This document shows, piece by piece, positions 9,531 to 19,423 of a stretch of DNA of 64,000 nt (positions are counted from its first letter, which is position 1; the number at the start of each line of letters is the position of its first letter). Source of the DNA: a phage; the sequence record NC_094493.1; one strand, given 5' to 3'. A model generated the notes under the pieces. That model worked only from the letters and a program-made list of their open reading frames with translations, ran no database searches and was not told the origin of the DNA. Both the position numbers and the translations under genes were made by a program.

Positions 9531-10619
9531 TTAAAACTCCCAAATTTCTTCTTCAGCGTCATTAACAGTTGTGTTGACGCGGTAGTCAGTGTTCGACATT
9601 TCTTGGTTCGCCGTCTGTTGCAATGAAGGTTTCATCCACACCTGCATAAACGGTAGAGGGTCCTTTGTTGGCGGCACAAAGTCTTTGTCGATGCCGTAGT
9701 AATCATAAATCGGTGAGCAGTTATAGTCAACCCATTCTTTAAGCAACGGTGAGTTAAGACCTATAATCGCTCTTCCTTCGCTGAAAATATAGTCACTCCA
9801 ACCGTACTCTTTGGTTCGTACTTCATCAAGAATCTCTTTTAACTCCCCTTTTATCTCAAGGAAGCTTTTCTCCCATGCCGGATCATTAAGCAGGATATCA
9901 ATGATGGCAAAATCACCTTTCGAATGTAGCATTTCGTCAAGCATGATTTTTTGAACAAGCTGCGCCACCTGAACAAAAATACCCTGTTCAGCTACTGCGA
10001 AAGTGCATGCAAAACTTGCAATAAACTCAATACTTTCCAGGGCTAAAAGTGCAAAAAGCGCTCTAAGAATGCATTTCCGCACAATATCTTCTTCAACACT
10101 AGAAGGATCCAGTCGGTATTTTGCACCAATAACCTCAAGCTCTTGCATGTATTTGACAATAACGCCGGATCTGCTCAGAACGTTTTGGTTTTCCTGAATC
10201 TCTTCTATAATCTCACGGGCATTGGGGAGGCATTGTCTAACAATCTCTGAGTAAGTTAGTGCGTGAAGAACTTCAATCTCTGACTGTTTCATCAATAGAG
10301 TGAAAAGCTCACTATTGGTGATAAATGGTGAAAACAGACAAATGATAGATCTTGCCGCAACGCTATCAGCCTCCCATTGCCACATCAAGGTCTGCACCAT
10401 CACGTCATAAGTTGACTTTGAGCATGTTACAAAATCTGAAATAGATTGCGACAAATCCACTTCATCCTCTGCCCAGTCTTGTTCTTTTTGTTTTTTGTAT
10501 AGTTCAAACAGTTGTGGATATTTTTTGTTGATAGAGTCGTACATACCCATTTGCTGTCCTAGAAACAGCGGATAGTCACCAGTTTTATGAGCGGTGTTCT
10601 CAGCATTAAATACAGCCAT
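9531..10619 (-). CDS. nrdB: ribonucleotide reductase small subunit (class Ia beta)
   Basis: 362 aa helical ferritin-like protein directly downstream of nrdA; acidic C-terminal tail EEEIWEF. Confidence 0.8.
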   Translation of the reverse strand: MAVFNAENTAHKTGDYPLFLGQQMGMYDSINKKYPQLFELYKKQKEQDWAEDEVDLSQSISDFVTCSKSTYDVMVQTLMWQWEADSVAARSIICLFSPFITNSELFTLLMKQSEIEVLHALTYSEIVRQCLPNAREIIEEIQENQNVLSRSGVIVKYMQELEVIGAKYRLDPSSVEEDIVRKCILRALFALLALESIEFIASFACTFAVAEQGIFVQVAQLVQKIMLDEMLHSKGDFAIIDILLNDPAWEKSFLEIKGELKEILDEVRTKEYGWSDYIFSEGRAIIGLNSPLLKEWVDYNCSPIYDYYGIDKDFVPPTKDPLPFMQVWMKPSLQQTANQEMSNTDYRVNTTVNDAEEEIWEF

Positions 10620-10658
10620 TATTCTAACCTCTAAAATGGGGCCGAAGCCCCTTTAAAA

Positions 10659-12974
10659 TTATAGTGCACAACTTTCGCAATACTGATCTTCAACTGAACT
10701 ATCTGCAGTCAAAGGATAGTTCTTTCTGGTTTCATCTTCAGCCTGTTTCTTGGCATGAAGTTCCTCTGCCAAGGAGTCACCAGCACCAACCCTAGAGTTT
10801 AAATAATACCATGTCTTCATTCCGAATTTAGTGGCACGGATAAGGTACCCTAGCTGCTCCTTCATTGAAATTTTACCATCTTTCAACTTGGTGTAGTCTA
10901 TGTACAAATCCGCGCTGATTGCCTGACCTGTGAATTTTTGAATCACAGCATACATATCGATCATGTCGTTAGTATCAACGTCCCAAGCCGAAGTGTAATA
11001 CTCTTTCAACTCATCATAGTCAGGAACGATAAACAGCACCTGCCCTTGTGGCGACTTTTTAAAGATAATGTGCTCACGGACAGGATAGACCCCGTTAGTG
11101 GTGTTTGTTGCCAGCGAAGAGCTTTCATTAGGCATATATGCTTCAAGAACGCTATTACGTAGCCCACCATTTTCAATGATTTCTTTACGTAACCCTTCCC
11201 AATCCTGTTTAAGAGAAGGATCTTTCACCACGCTATCGACCTCTTTGTTATAGGTGTCGATTGGTAACCAACCTTCTGGATATTTTGTTTTATGCATCCA
11301 CTCGCAGACACCACGCTCTTTTGCCAACCGTAAACTTGCCTTATGCAAGCTGTAGCTGTGAAGTTCTGCAAGATCGTGAACGAGCTGTTTACTTTCAGGA
11401 GATCCGTAAGTAACCTTGTGGCTGGCAATAAAATGTGCAACATTGGTAAGGCCAACCCCGATGGATCTGCGTTTTTTAACTGTGCTTTCCATATTTTCAT
11501 ACGGATATGTCATGATTTCCATAACATTGTCAATCATAAGCACCGTATAGTATGCAACATCCTCATACTCCTCTGGAGTAACCCTCCCAGCTACAAGAGA
11601 TGACAGGAAGCACAATGCAACCTCTCCATCATCAGCATCGTACTTGAAGATATTACGCATATCTGAATAGCCTTTTGTCGGGAGGGCTATTTCTGCACAC
11701 AGGTTACTTGAATAGATCACATCTTTAAAAGGTGTATGTCTATTCATCTCATCTGTCCAGTATACATACAGCCTTCCCACCTCAGTACGCTGCGTGATCA
11801 GTTCAACAGCAAGATCTCTAGCCCGGATCCATGTTTTAGGAATACTGTCATCTTTAGCAATACGATCAACCTCTGCATCAAACTCCTCCATAGACATGGT
11901 GAAGATACCCTCATGCAGTTGAGGCGCGTGCTTATAAGAAACAAGCATCCAATCCAAATTCTTAGCCACACGGTTGATAAACGACCTATTAATACCGATG
12001 GAGTAGTCCATGGTGTTGATTCTTTTTGAAGCAACAGTCATAGGGTTTCTCAAACGGATTAGCTCATCAATCTGCGGGTCCAGTGCAAGGAATGATACTG
12101 TTGCAGAACCGCCACGTGATTGTTGTCTGTTCTCCTTAACACCAGCATCAATACCTCGATAATATGGAATCTTACCCATATGTTTAATAGTGTTACCACG
12201 AACACCATCGCCTGCAGATCTTGAGGATAAGTAGTAGCCGATACCTGCCTGGTTAACCGTCATTGTGTACGCAACTTCACGTGCCACACCAATAGATTTT
12301 GCTGTATCGTCAGCTTTTATTACACAACAAGATGCATACCCTGTCTTACCTGTGCGCAGCCCGTTTAAGTACGGTGTCGGGGCATTGATCTTTAAGTCGG
12401 ACAGATAAGTGTATAATTTTACAACATCGTTGATACGACGTTCTTTCGGCATATTCTTCATGACAGCCATTGCTATCCCCATAAACATCATCTGGGGAGA
12501 TTCAAACAGGGTGTCTTTAAGAGTATCTTTGATCCCGTATTTGTCGCGAAACTGTTTAAGGACTGCATAGCCGTAACCGAGATCTTTACTGTGGTCAATA
12601 ACAGCGTCTAAAGTGTTTAGCTCGGTAAAGCTATAACCCATATCCTCCCAATAACCTTTCTCAACCATGTCATTGTAAAATGATGGTAAGGAAGGGATCT
12701 TTGTAAACCCTCCAAAAGCCTCTTTATAGATCTGACCAATAAGAACACGACCAGCCATACGGGAATGTGCTTCGTCTTTACGGCTAACACAAGAGTCTAT
12801 AATAGCTTGGTTAACTTCTTTGGTTGTACATCCATCATACAACCGCTTGTAGGCATCCAGTGCAATATGTGACCAATTGCCGTTACCATCGTCACCGAAA
12901 ATAGCTGCCTTATTTAAACGTTCTGGATCGAATGCCACTTCACATCCGTTGCTTTTAATTACCTTGGTGATCAA
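10659..12974 (-). CDS. nrdA: ribonucleotide reductase large subunit (class Ia alpha)
   Basis: 771 aa; active-site NLCAEIALP; C-terminal redox pair CESCAL. Confidence 0.9.
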   Translation of the reverse strand: MITKVIKSNGCEVAFDPERLNKAAIFGDDGNGNWSHIALDAYKRLYDGCTTKEVNQAIIDSCVSRKDEAHSRMAGRVLIGQIYKEAFGGFTKIPSLPSFYNDMVEKGYWEDMGYSFTELNTLDAVIDHSKDLGYGYAVLKQFRDKYGIKDTLKDTLFESPQMMFMGIAMAVMKNMPKERRINDVVKLYTYLSDLKINAPTPYLNGLRTGKTGYASCCVIKADDTAKSIGVAREVAYTMTVNQAGIGYYLSSRSAGDGVRGNTIKHMGKIPYYRGIDAGVKENRQQSRGGSATVSFLALDPQIDELIRLRNPMTVASKRINTMDYSIGINRSFINRVAKNLDWMLVSYKHAPQLHEGIFTMSMEEFDAEVDRIAKDDSIPKTWIRARDLAVELITQRTEVGRLYVYWTDEMNRHTPFKDVIYSSNLCAEIALPTKGYSDMRNIFKYDADDGEVALCFLSSLVAGRVTPEEYEDVAYYTVLMIDNVMEIMTYPYENMESTVKKRRSIGVGLTNVAHFIASHKVTYGSPESKQLVHDLAELHSYSLHKASLRLAKERGVCEWMHKTKYPEGWLPIDTYNKEVDSVVKDPSLKQDWEGLRKEIIENGGLRNSVLEAYMPNESSSLATNTTNGVYPVREHIIFKKSPQGQVLFIVPDYDELKEYYTSAWDVDTNDMIDMYAVIQKFTGQAISADLYIDYTKLKDGKISMKEQLGYLIRATKFGMKTWYYLNSRVGAGDSLAEELHAKKQAEDETRKNYPLTADSSVEDQYCESCAL

Positions 12975-13279
12975 TTTGCTTCCTCCACTTCACTAACGTA
13001 TTTATCAAGGCAGGTATCAGTATCTTGCTGGATAAAAGTATCCTCTTCTACAGAGATATTTATAATTTTACCTGTATACTCGTCATAATAGACATCATCA
13101 TACATTTTAATATCGTTTGTCAGGCCATTGAACCAAAGCCAACCAACATACTCTGCCCGACTTGCAAAACCAAGATCCTTCCACTTGGAGTTATGACTCA
13201 TCTTCACCACCTTAGCTTTCAATACCGAATAATTTTTCCAGGCGATGCAGATCTTCAAAATTGAAAGGTTCATCAACAA
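12971..13279 (-). CDS. hypothetical protein
   Basis: 102-aa ORF coupled to nrdA start; real start may be internal (MSHNSKW). Confidence 0.35.
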   Translation of the reverse strand: MLMNLSILKICIAWKNYSVLKAKVVKMSHNSKWKDLGFASRAEYVGWLWFNGLTNDIKMYDDVYYDEYTGKIINISVEEDTFIQQDTDTCLDKYVSEVEEAN

Positions 13280-13712
13280 TATGAATATCTTCAGCCTTTT
13301 CAGATTGTTTTGTATACTTTCTTACATTAACACGATCCTCTACAGGGATATCATACGGGAGATCTTGAACAAGCATTGCCTCACCAGGTGCTTTATCTAC
13401 ATCTAAAATATCTACACCGTTATACATTTGTGGGTATCTAAAGTCTGCACGCATGACACCAGCAAATACATCTGCCTTTCGATAATGTGTTGGCTTATTT
13501 TTGCATCGAACGTTTTTTCCACGAAGAACATCAATACTTTTTAAATCAAACCCTACGGCAAAGAGTGCAGCTCGGAGACCGTTTCGTGTGCGAACGTTAA
13601 ACCCGGGGACGGTAGATAGAAAATCTAAAGTAACTGAAATAAATGTCTTTTTAGGAATCATAACATTACTCATATCTGTCTCCATTTCTGGCTCACCAAC
13701 AAAGTGAGCCAT
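13212..13712 (-). CDS. hypothetical protein
   Basis: 166-aa ORF; no motif recognised. Confidence 0.35.
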   Translation of the reverse strand: MAHFVGEPEMETDMSNVMIPKKTFISVTLDFLSTVPGFNVRTRNGLRAALFAVGFDLKSIDVLRGKNVRCKNKPTHYRKADVFAGVMRADFRYPQMYNGVDILDVDKAPGEAMLVQDLPYDIPVEDRVNVRKYTKQSEKAEDIHIVDEPFNFEDLHRLEKLFGIES

Positions 13713-13771
13713 TATTATAGATTATCTAATACTATTAGTCAACACAAAAGTTACCTATCGCTGTGATAGGA

Positions 13772-14755
13772 TTAACCTTTCACGAAGTGGTTATTAAGCA
13801 GTTGTCTGTGCTGAACCCACCCACAAAAGTTGGCAGACCAGAATTTACCATCACGGTCTTGATGGGTTACACCTTCCTGCCAAGTACTGATGTCTTGTGT
13901 GATTTCACATGAAGACAGGTAGTAGTTTAAACGTTCCATTGCGTTATCGTGATCCATAGGTGTTGCCTGGTGCTCGTAAGGGCTTGCATGAATACGATCC
14001 CCACCAATCAATTTTTTAGCCACACTATCTGCCTTTTCAAACGTGCTGTCAATATTTCGATAAGATACTTGTGCACAGCAACTAGCACTGATAGACAGAG
14101 CTTCTTTAGTATCGAGAATGCAGAGCTTTCCTTCTGTGTCACGTACAGCGTAGTTAAACTCTCCGTCCAAATAAACGTGCTCTACATATGGGGTGTGCCA
14201 TTGACCCGGTTTAAGGATTTCAGGAGTGCTATTCTCAAGAGCCTCCCACATACAATTAGCTAACATCTGAATCGTAGGATCCGCATCGTGCCAGCAACGG
14301 AGGTGGAAAAAATTATTCCACTCGGTGCTTGTTACAACTGTTTTCATGCGCTGGAACGGCTCCACTAAGCGGTTACATACTTGCTTATGGTAACCAGCAA
14401 GGGCGAACTTCTCTGCATGCCAAGCGGCGTTTTTTGCAGCTTCTTTCCAAAACTCTTCAGGAGTTAGCTCCATGTCAGTGTACTCTACACGGATCTTTTG
14501 ATCGTGTTCCCCACCATCTTCCATTCCTCGCTTATTTACACCGAAGCGAACTGGCATTGCCGGATTCTCCACAATCTGTTGCAGCATCTTGCCGACAGGT
14601 ACTGCACGGGAAGACATGGCGTTTCGGCTGAACACTCGGTGCGTCATAAGCTCTGAGTGAATAATTCGAGGATACTCTAGTTCAAAAGTGGTGATACGCT
14701 TACCTTTCTCGGAAATGCTGTCAGCAATAATCTTTGCAGTGCACAGTTTTAGCAT
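13772..14755 (-). CDS. thyX: ThyX-like flavin-dependent thymidylate synthase (putative)
   Basis: 327 aa; ThyX signature HR-x7-S (THRVFSRNAMSSR, cf. RHRIASYNELSGRY); nucleotide-metabolism neighbourhood. Confidence 0.6.
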   Translation of the reverse strand: MLKLCTAKIIADSISEKGKRITTFELEYPRIIHSELMTHRVFSRNAMSSRAVPVGKMLQQIVENPAMPVRFGVNKRGMEDGGEHDQKIRVEYTDMELTPEEFWKEAAKNAAWHAEKFALAGYHKQVCNRLVEPFQRMKTVVTSTEWNNFFHLRCWHDADPTIQMLANCMWEALENSTPEILKPGQWHTPYVEHVYLDGEFNYAVRDTEGKLCILDTKEALSISASCCAQVSYRNIDSTFEKADSVAKKLIGGDRIHASPYEHQATPMDHDNAMERLNYYLSSCEITQDISTWQEGVTHQDRDGKFWSANFCGWVQHRQLLNNHFVKG

Positions 14756-14955
14756 TATTTAGCTCTCCTTGTTTTAATTTTGGAAATTTCGTCTGGGTTT
14801 ATGTTGGCCTTAAATGCAAGGTATCTGTTGAACATGTCAGAGCACATATCTTGGGTGATCCTAGAGGCATACACTAGCTTACCTCCTAGATCATACACCT
14901 CTAGCCAGTCACCGTATCTGACTACAGGATCGCCACCTTTAGAACATCTGCCCAT
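14755..14955 (-). CDS. hypothetical small protein
   Basis: 66-aa ORF coupled to thyX-like gene. Confidence 0.3.
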   Translation of the reverse strand: MGRCSKGGDPVVRYGDWLEVYDLGGKLVYASRITQDMCSDMFNRYLAFKANINPDEISKIKTRRAK

Positions 14956-14956
14956 T

Positions 14957-15550
14957 TCAAATACCTTCTAAAAACTTTCCTATTTTATACCAGCTATTGG
15001 CGGTATAGTCAACACTGACCTTTAACTCCTCGAATTGCTCATAAGGCGTATCTTTTAGGATTTTAATAACTTCAGGTCGTGAAGCGAATTGGTTAAGGTA
15101 TTCATGCCTGTCGTCAATTATAACATCTACAGCCACATTTCCTTTGAAATGTGTGGCGTAGAAGCCGTGACCCTGGGTGTGATCGTCCAGATCCATAAAA
15201 TCACTGGTCCAACGCTTTAAGAACCTTGATTTAGATGCAAGGTGACCTTTCTTGCATACCGAGATAAATGCAAGCTTGTGACCACGAGCCACCAAATCTT
15301 TCATAACCTCAATAGCCCCCTCTTCAGGCTTAAGAAAGTCGTAGAGGAATGGGTCACTCCAGAAATCAAAAGGCCCTATGATGTTTTCTTTGGGGCGATC
15401 AGGCCAATACTTTGACAGATCGTAATACATCAGTCCATTAGAAGGTTTAGCGACTGTCTTACTGGCTGGACCATACAAACGCTCCAACCACTCCCACCAT
15501 GCTGTTCCTGAATCTACCAGTGTCAAATCTACATCAATTCCGATTAACAT
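14957..15550 (-). CDS. HAD-family phosphatase, likely 5'(3')-deoxyribonucleotidase
   Basis: 197 aa; N-terminal DxDxT motif (GIDVDLTLVD). Confidence 0.6.
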   Translation of the reverse strand: MLIGIDVDLTLVDSGTAWWEWLERLYGPASKTVAKPSNGLMYYDLSKYWPDRPKENIIGPFDFWSDPFLYDFLKPEEGAIEVMKDLVARGHKLAFISVCKKGHLASKSRFLKRWTSDFMDLDDHTQGHGFYATHFKGNVAVDVIIDDRHEYLNQFASRPEVIKILKDTPYEQFEELKVSVDYTANSWYKIGKFLEGI

Positions 15551-16161
15551 TCTTCTTGGGCCTCTTTAGCATCAATATACTTGCACACAATCTCCGATGC
15601 ACACTCCCAAGGTGCACCTTCAGGGTTTACAACATCGAACTCAATCCCTTTTATTCCGTTCTTTTCCAGACTTAGATAGGTTCTGGAATCATTTCCCCAG
15701 TCATATCCGACACGGTGAATACGGAACAACAACAGATCTCCACCTGTGCTGTATGCGTACTCGCTAAGGCATGCCAGCTCCTCTTTGAATCCACCATCGG
15801 AGTAAACAACAACCCCTTTACCTTTAGGGAAATCTTTCTTCAAGGATGTGACTGCGGCCTTACCGAAAGCATCTTCACCAAAGATAGGTTTAATCAGATT
15901 TTCACTACAATGGATCATCCACTCTCGCGGAGAAACATGCTTACCGTCTATCATTAAGAAAGGGCAAGGCTCTTCTTTGTAGTGGCGGTCATAAAGTGCA
16001 TTCCAGAGTTGAGGAGTTACACCAGCTGCCTTAATTGCCACGCTGAAGAGCATCTCCTTAACCTCACGATGGTGTGAGTTAGGAATAGCTTCCAACAAGA
16101 GATCTGCAATGTGATCCTTACCACTACTAGGTGGGGCGTTAAGAACAATAATATCCATCAA
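15544..16161 (-). CDS. deoxynucleoside monophosphate kinase (T4 gp1-like)
   Basis: 205 aa; N-terminal P-loop LNAPPSSGKD resembling T4 gp1 SGVKRSGKD. Confidence 0.65.
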   Translation of the reverse strand: MMDIIVLNAPPSSGKDHIADLLLEAIPNSHHREVKEMLFSVAIKAAGVTPQLWNALYDRHYKEEPCPFLMIDGKHVSPREWMIHCSENLIKPIFGEDAFGKAAVTSLKKDFPKGKGVVVYSDGGFKEELACLSEYAYSTGGDLLLFRIHRVGYDWGNDSRTYLSLEKNGIKGIEFDVVNPEGAPWECASEIVCKYIDAKEAQEEC

Positions 16162-16361
16162 AAACCTCCGTGGTATTCTTCAACTGCATCAATAATACTT
16201 TTACACTTATCTACCAGCTCGTTAGCCACTACAGCATCGTCTTCCCAAACAGCCTCTTCAATCTGATCAAGCAATGATCGCATCTTATCCATCATTTCTG
16301 GGATAAAGTTTTCTGAAAAGCTGTCTGGAACTGTTAACCTTAGTGTCATTGCGGTCTCCAA
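16158..16361 (-). CDS. hypothetical acidic small protein
   Basis: 67-aa ORF, acidic, coupled to dNMP kinase gene. Confidence 0.3.
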   Translation of the reverse strand: METAMTLRLTVPDSFSENFIPEMMDKMRSLLDQIEEAVWEDDAVVANELVDKCKSIIDAVEEYHGGF

Positions 16362-16376
16362 TCATACTATGCGTTA

Positions 16377-16835
16377 TTAGAAGTTTGTTTTTACACGTCC
16401 CTTTTCATCTACCTCATTGTTAGCTAAAAGCGTTACAAAGTCTGTGAAACGGACATGAAGAACTCTTTTCTTGTCAAGGTATCCTAAAGCCACCCCTGAA
16501 AAATTTAGCATCAAGGGGGCTAAAGAAGCTCTAGCACTGAAATGCTGTTGTTCTACTCTTCCTACACCCTTAGTGTAGGATGGGTTAAGATTGTAAGTTC
16601 TGAATCCCAGTTTTGTTGGAGCTTTAGAATTAAAAACAACTTTATAGCGTTTCTTACTCAACTTATGCTCCAGGATAAGAATTCCCTTATCACCCTTGAT
16701 AAGTTGAAAATCTGTAAAGTGCTCTTTTAAGACGAAAGGTAGTGCCAGTCCCATCGCCTGCCCTCTTTGTACCGCTGTCTCACCAAAAGCTTTCGCATCA
16801 GTGAGTTCTTTGGTCAAGTCTATGCTTTTGATCAT
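16377..16835 (-). CDS. hypothetical protein, possible PD-(D/E)xK nuclease
   Basis: 152 aa; candidate D-x9-ExK (IKGDKGILILEHK); 5' end overlaps the 3' end of the upstream methyltransferase gene by about 38 nt. Confidence 0.3.
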   Translation of the reverse strand: MIKSIDLTKELTDAKAFGETAVQRGQAMGLALPFVLKEHFTDFQLIKGDKGILILEHKLSKKRYKVVFNSKAPTKLGFRTYNLNPSYTKGVGRVEQQHFSARASLAPLMLNFSGVALGYLDKKRVLHVRFTDFVTLLANNEVDEKGRVKTNF

Positions 16836-17646
16836 ACCTGGTCTCCAAAATGTATTGTAGTTCTTTCTTGCCTATACTCTTCATTCCAGCAGTCTTACCT
16901 GCTTCTTCTTGAAAAGAAGAATAGCATTCAGCAAACACTCTGTCAACACCGTCAACTAAAGATTTTATGAAATATGTCGATTCTTCAGATTTTGGGTCAT
17001 CATCTCCCAATACTTTTCCAGCATTATACCCAACACGTCTTACACAGAAGTCGTAGTCATCTGGAGTGCTAAAAGAAAATAACTTATTCTCTCCAATCTC
17101 TACAGGATCCCTATTACACGCCTTTTTCTCCCAAATTTGGAAAACACACGGCACGTCATAAGGTTTGCCATTAAGTAAAAACGAATTCTTAGGGCACCTT
17201 TCGCTGTAGACAAGGTGCATCGACATGTCCAGTTTGTTTGCAAAAAATATTTTTTCAAATGTCCGTGGCAAGATGAAGGCTATAGCCCCTCCAAGCTCTA
17301 GCAATGATGCACAATGGTTGAAGAATTTGCAAGCTAAAGATGAATTCTTGCCAAATGGTGGGTTACCTATGAAGACATCTGCCTTGGGATGCACCTCCAA
17401 GAAGTTTGCCTGAATGCACGGTGTTGGTCCTTCAAATTCAGGATCTGGTACTAAATCGTACGACAGTATCTCTGAAAATAGTTTTGAAAAAGAACCCCTT
17501 CCAGCAGAAGGCTCAACGTATGCACAATTCCCATACTTATCTTTTACTTTACCAACAAGATATTCTGCATACTCAGGGTTTGTGTAATATTTGTCGTTGG
17601 ACTCTTTCTTACTCAAAGTGCCTCCAAAAGGAAAAGGGAGGCGCAA
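16798..17646 (-). CDS. DNA N6-adenine methyltransferase (gamma-class)
   Basis: 282 aa; motif I VEPSAGRGSF followed by motif IV FIGNPPFG. Confidence 0.7.
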   Translation of the reverse strand: MRLPFPFGGTLSKKESNDKYYTNPEYAEYLVGKVKDKYGNCAYVEPSAGRGSFSKLFSEILSYDLVPDPEFEGPTPCIQANFLEVHPKADVFIGNPPFGKNSSLACKFFNHCASLLELGGAIAFILPRTFEKIFFANKLDMSMHLVYSERCPKNSFLLNGKPYDVPCVFQIWEKKACNRDPVEIGENKLFSFSTPDDYDFCVRRVGYNAGKVLGDDDPKSEESTYFIKSLVDGVDRVFAECYSSFQEEAGKTAGMKSIGKKELQYILETRYDQKHRLDQRTH

Positions 17647-17661
17647 GCCTCCCTCTACTTG

Positions 17662-18645
17662 TTAGATTATCTGAATCAGGGTGTTTTTCATCTCTTCTCT
17701 GGTACGGATGTTGTTACGATCACGAACAACAGATCCACAACCTTCGCAGCGGTATGTTTTAAATGCACTCAGCTGAGTATACGCCAAAGCTTCTTCCTCG
17801 TGAAGGTGTTCTCCACCACAGCGTGGGCAACGAACCTTTGGCTCCTCGTCCTGGTAGTACAATGACATGTTTGGGTGCTGCTTAGCAAACGGGCGAGCCA
17901 GCAAATACAAGCCTTCCAGAGACAGGATATCACCAACATTATACTCCCGCATCTGTTTAAATGCCTCAAGATCGCCATGGACACACTTGATCCACATTTC
18001 AAATGTGTGGTCAATCAGTTTCTGTCGGGCCAGTTGGAAGTATTTGCATGCATACTCTAAAGTGTTTGCATTCAAACGGAATGCCTTCTTGATCATTTTA
18101 AGGGTGTCAACCTCTTTGTAGGGGCTTGTTGGAGGCAACCCGTGAAATGCAAATCGTTGGTTGGCCCACCCGCAGTCAAAACCTGAATTGTGGGCTACTG
18201 CGACATCGCATTTATCCAGATAATACCACAAATCCTGAATCAATTCGAGATCATTGTGAATATCCTCATCCCACATTTTGTAATCTGGAAGAGCGCAGTC
18301 AACCACACTAGGGCTGTCTAACCACTTACCTGCGAAAGTTAGCATATAGGGCATAACTTCAATACCACAGGTTTGAATGTTGGTCTTATAGTGCCCAAAG
18401 AACCAGCCGTTTGTTGGGGATGTCTCTGTATCATACACCCAAACTTTAGCACCTTTGTGCTCTTCAAGGAAGCGCTCCGTTGCTTCTCCTACAATCTCCG
18501 ACATATTCTCTTGTGCACGTTTAAGCTGTAGTCGGATCCAGCTCTCACGTGACTCACGGCCTAAAAATTCACGAGCAATTTGTCTATTAGTGTATCCTTG
18601 TTGCTTTAGTGTTAAAATTTGCTCAAGAGTTAACTTTGTCATCAT
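17662..18645 (-). CDS. DEDD-family 3'-5' exonuclease with C-terminal zinc ribbon
   Basis: 327 aa; Exo I VYDTETSP, Exo II AVAHNSGFD, Exo III YNVGDI; CPRCGG...CEGCG. Confidence 0.6.
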   Translation of the reverse strand: MMTKLTLEQILTLKQQGYTNRQIAREFLGRESRESWIRLQLKRAQENMSEIVGEATERFLEEHKGAKVWVYDTETSPTNGWFFGHYKTNIQTCGIEVMPYMLTFAGKWLDSPSVVDCALPDYKMWDEDIHNDLELIQDLWYYLDKCDVAVAHNSGFDCGWANQRFAFHGLPPTSPYKEVDTLKMIKKAFRLNANTLEYACKYFQLARQKLIDHTFEMWIKCVHGDLEAFKQMREYNVGDILSLEGLYLLARPFAKQHPNMSLYYQDEEPKVRCPRCGGEHLHEEEALAYTQLSAFKTYRCEGCGSVVRDRNNIRTREEMKNTLIQII

Positions 18646-18657
18646 CGTTAAGATTCC

Positions 18658-18879
18658 TTAGTAAAACTGAAGAATGTCTTTTAAAGCGAAGTCACGATAT
18701 TCGCCCTTGTCTACATCGAAGGCACGCATCAACCACTGCTCTTCTTTATGATACTCTGTAGAGCCAAACCATAAATTAGGCTCAGTAACGCAGCGATCTG
18801 CAACAACACCTTTCCAGTTACGGTATTTCATCCTGATCAGGACTGAGTCGCAAGGATTGAATACCTTTTTCATCCCCAT
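18658..18879 (-). CDS. hypothetical small protein
   Basis: 73-aa ORF, overlaps 3' end of 18818..19423. Confidence 0.3.
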   Translation of the reverse strand: MGMKKVFNPCDSVLIRMKYRNWKGVVADRCVTEPNLWFGSTEYHKEEQWLMRAFDVDKGEYRDFALKDILQFY

Positions 18880-19423
18880 AGAAATCTCTCTCCTCAGTTT
18901 TCTTTATAAACTCCTGCATGTAGAGCTCAATAGCCTCATGCTTGGTGCACTCTGGATTAATGACAAGATTGAGATCTGATTCTGCTCGTGCAATAATCGT
19001 AGCTTTAGAGCATCTCCTCAAGAACTTTGTCATATCATCTCTGTAGTTTTTGTGGAGCGGGAAGTCGCTGTAGTCTTTCTCCAAATAGTCAGCCATCCGG
19101 CGCAACGCCTCTGATAAACTGCAATCTGTATACTCGTTACAGTATTTCATCCAGTATTTAAGCACATACCCCTCAAAGGTATTAGTGCATTGAGACAAAA
19201 CACCCCTGCAACGACCAGTCAGATGATCATGATCTAAACAAGGCTTACGAAGTGGCTCGCACAAGATCGGATCAAGACCATCCTGCTCCTCTGACAATTC
19301 TTTTCGAAAGTTGGCTATGTCCTTAGAATCTTTTAACCACCCGTTATGAACTGGGGCTTTGACAGCTTTCTTTCTTATTTTACGCTTTGCGATAATCCCT
19401 CCAGATGAGCCCTGCCTATCCAA
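18818..19423 (-). CDS. Endonuclease VII-like junction-resolving nuclease
   Basis: 201 aa; CLDHDHLTGRCRGVLSQCTN matches Endo VII His-Me/zinc motif. Confidence 0.65.
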   Translation of the reverse strand: MDRQGSSGGIIAKRKIRKKAVKAPVHNGWLKDSKDIANFRKELSEEQDGLDPILCEPLRKPCLDHDHLTGRCRGVLSQCTNTFEGYVLKYWMKYCNEYTDCSLSEALRRMADYLEKDYSDFPLHKNYRDDMTKFLRRCSKATIIARAESDLNLVINPECTKHEAIELYMQEFIKKTEERDFYGDEKGIQSLRLSPDQDEIP

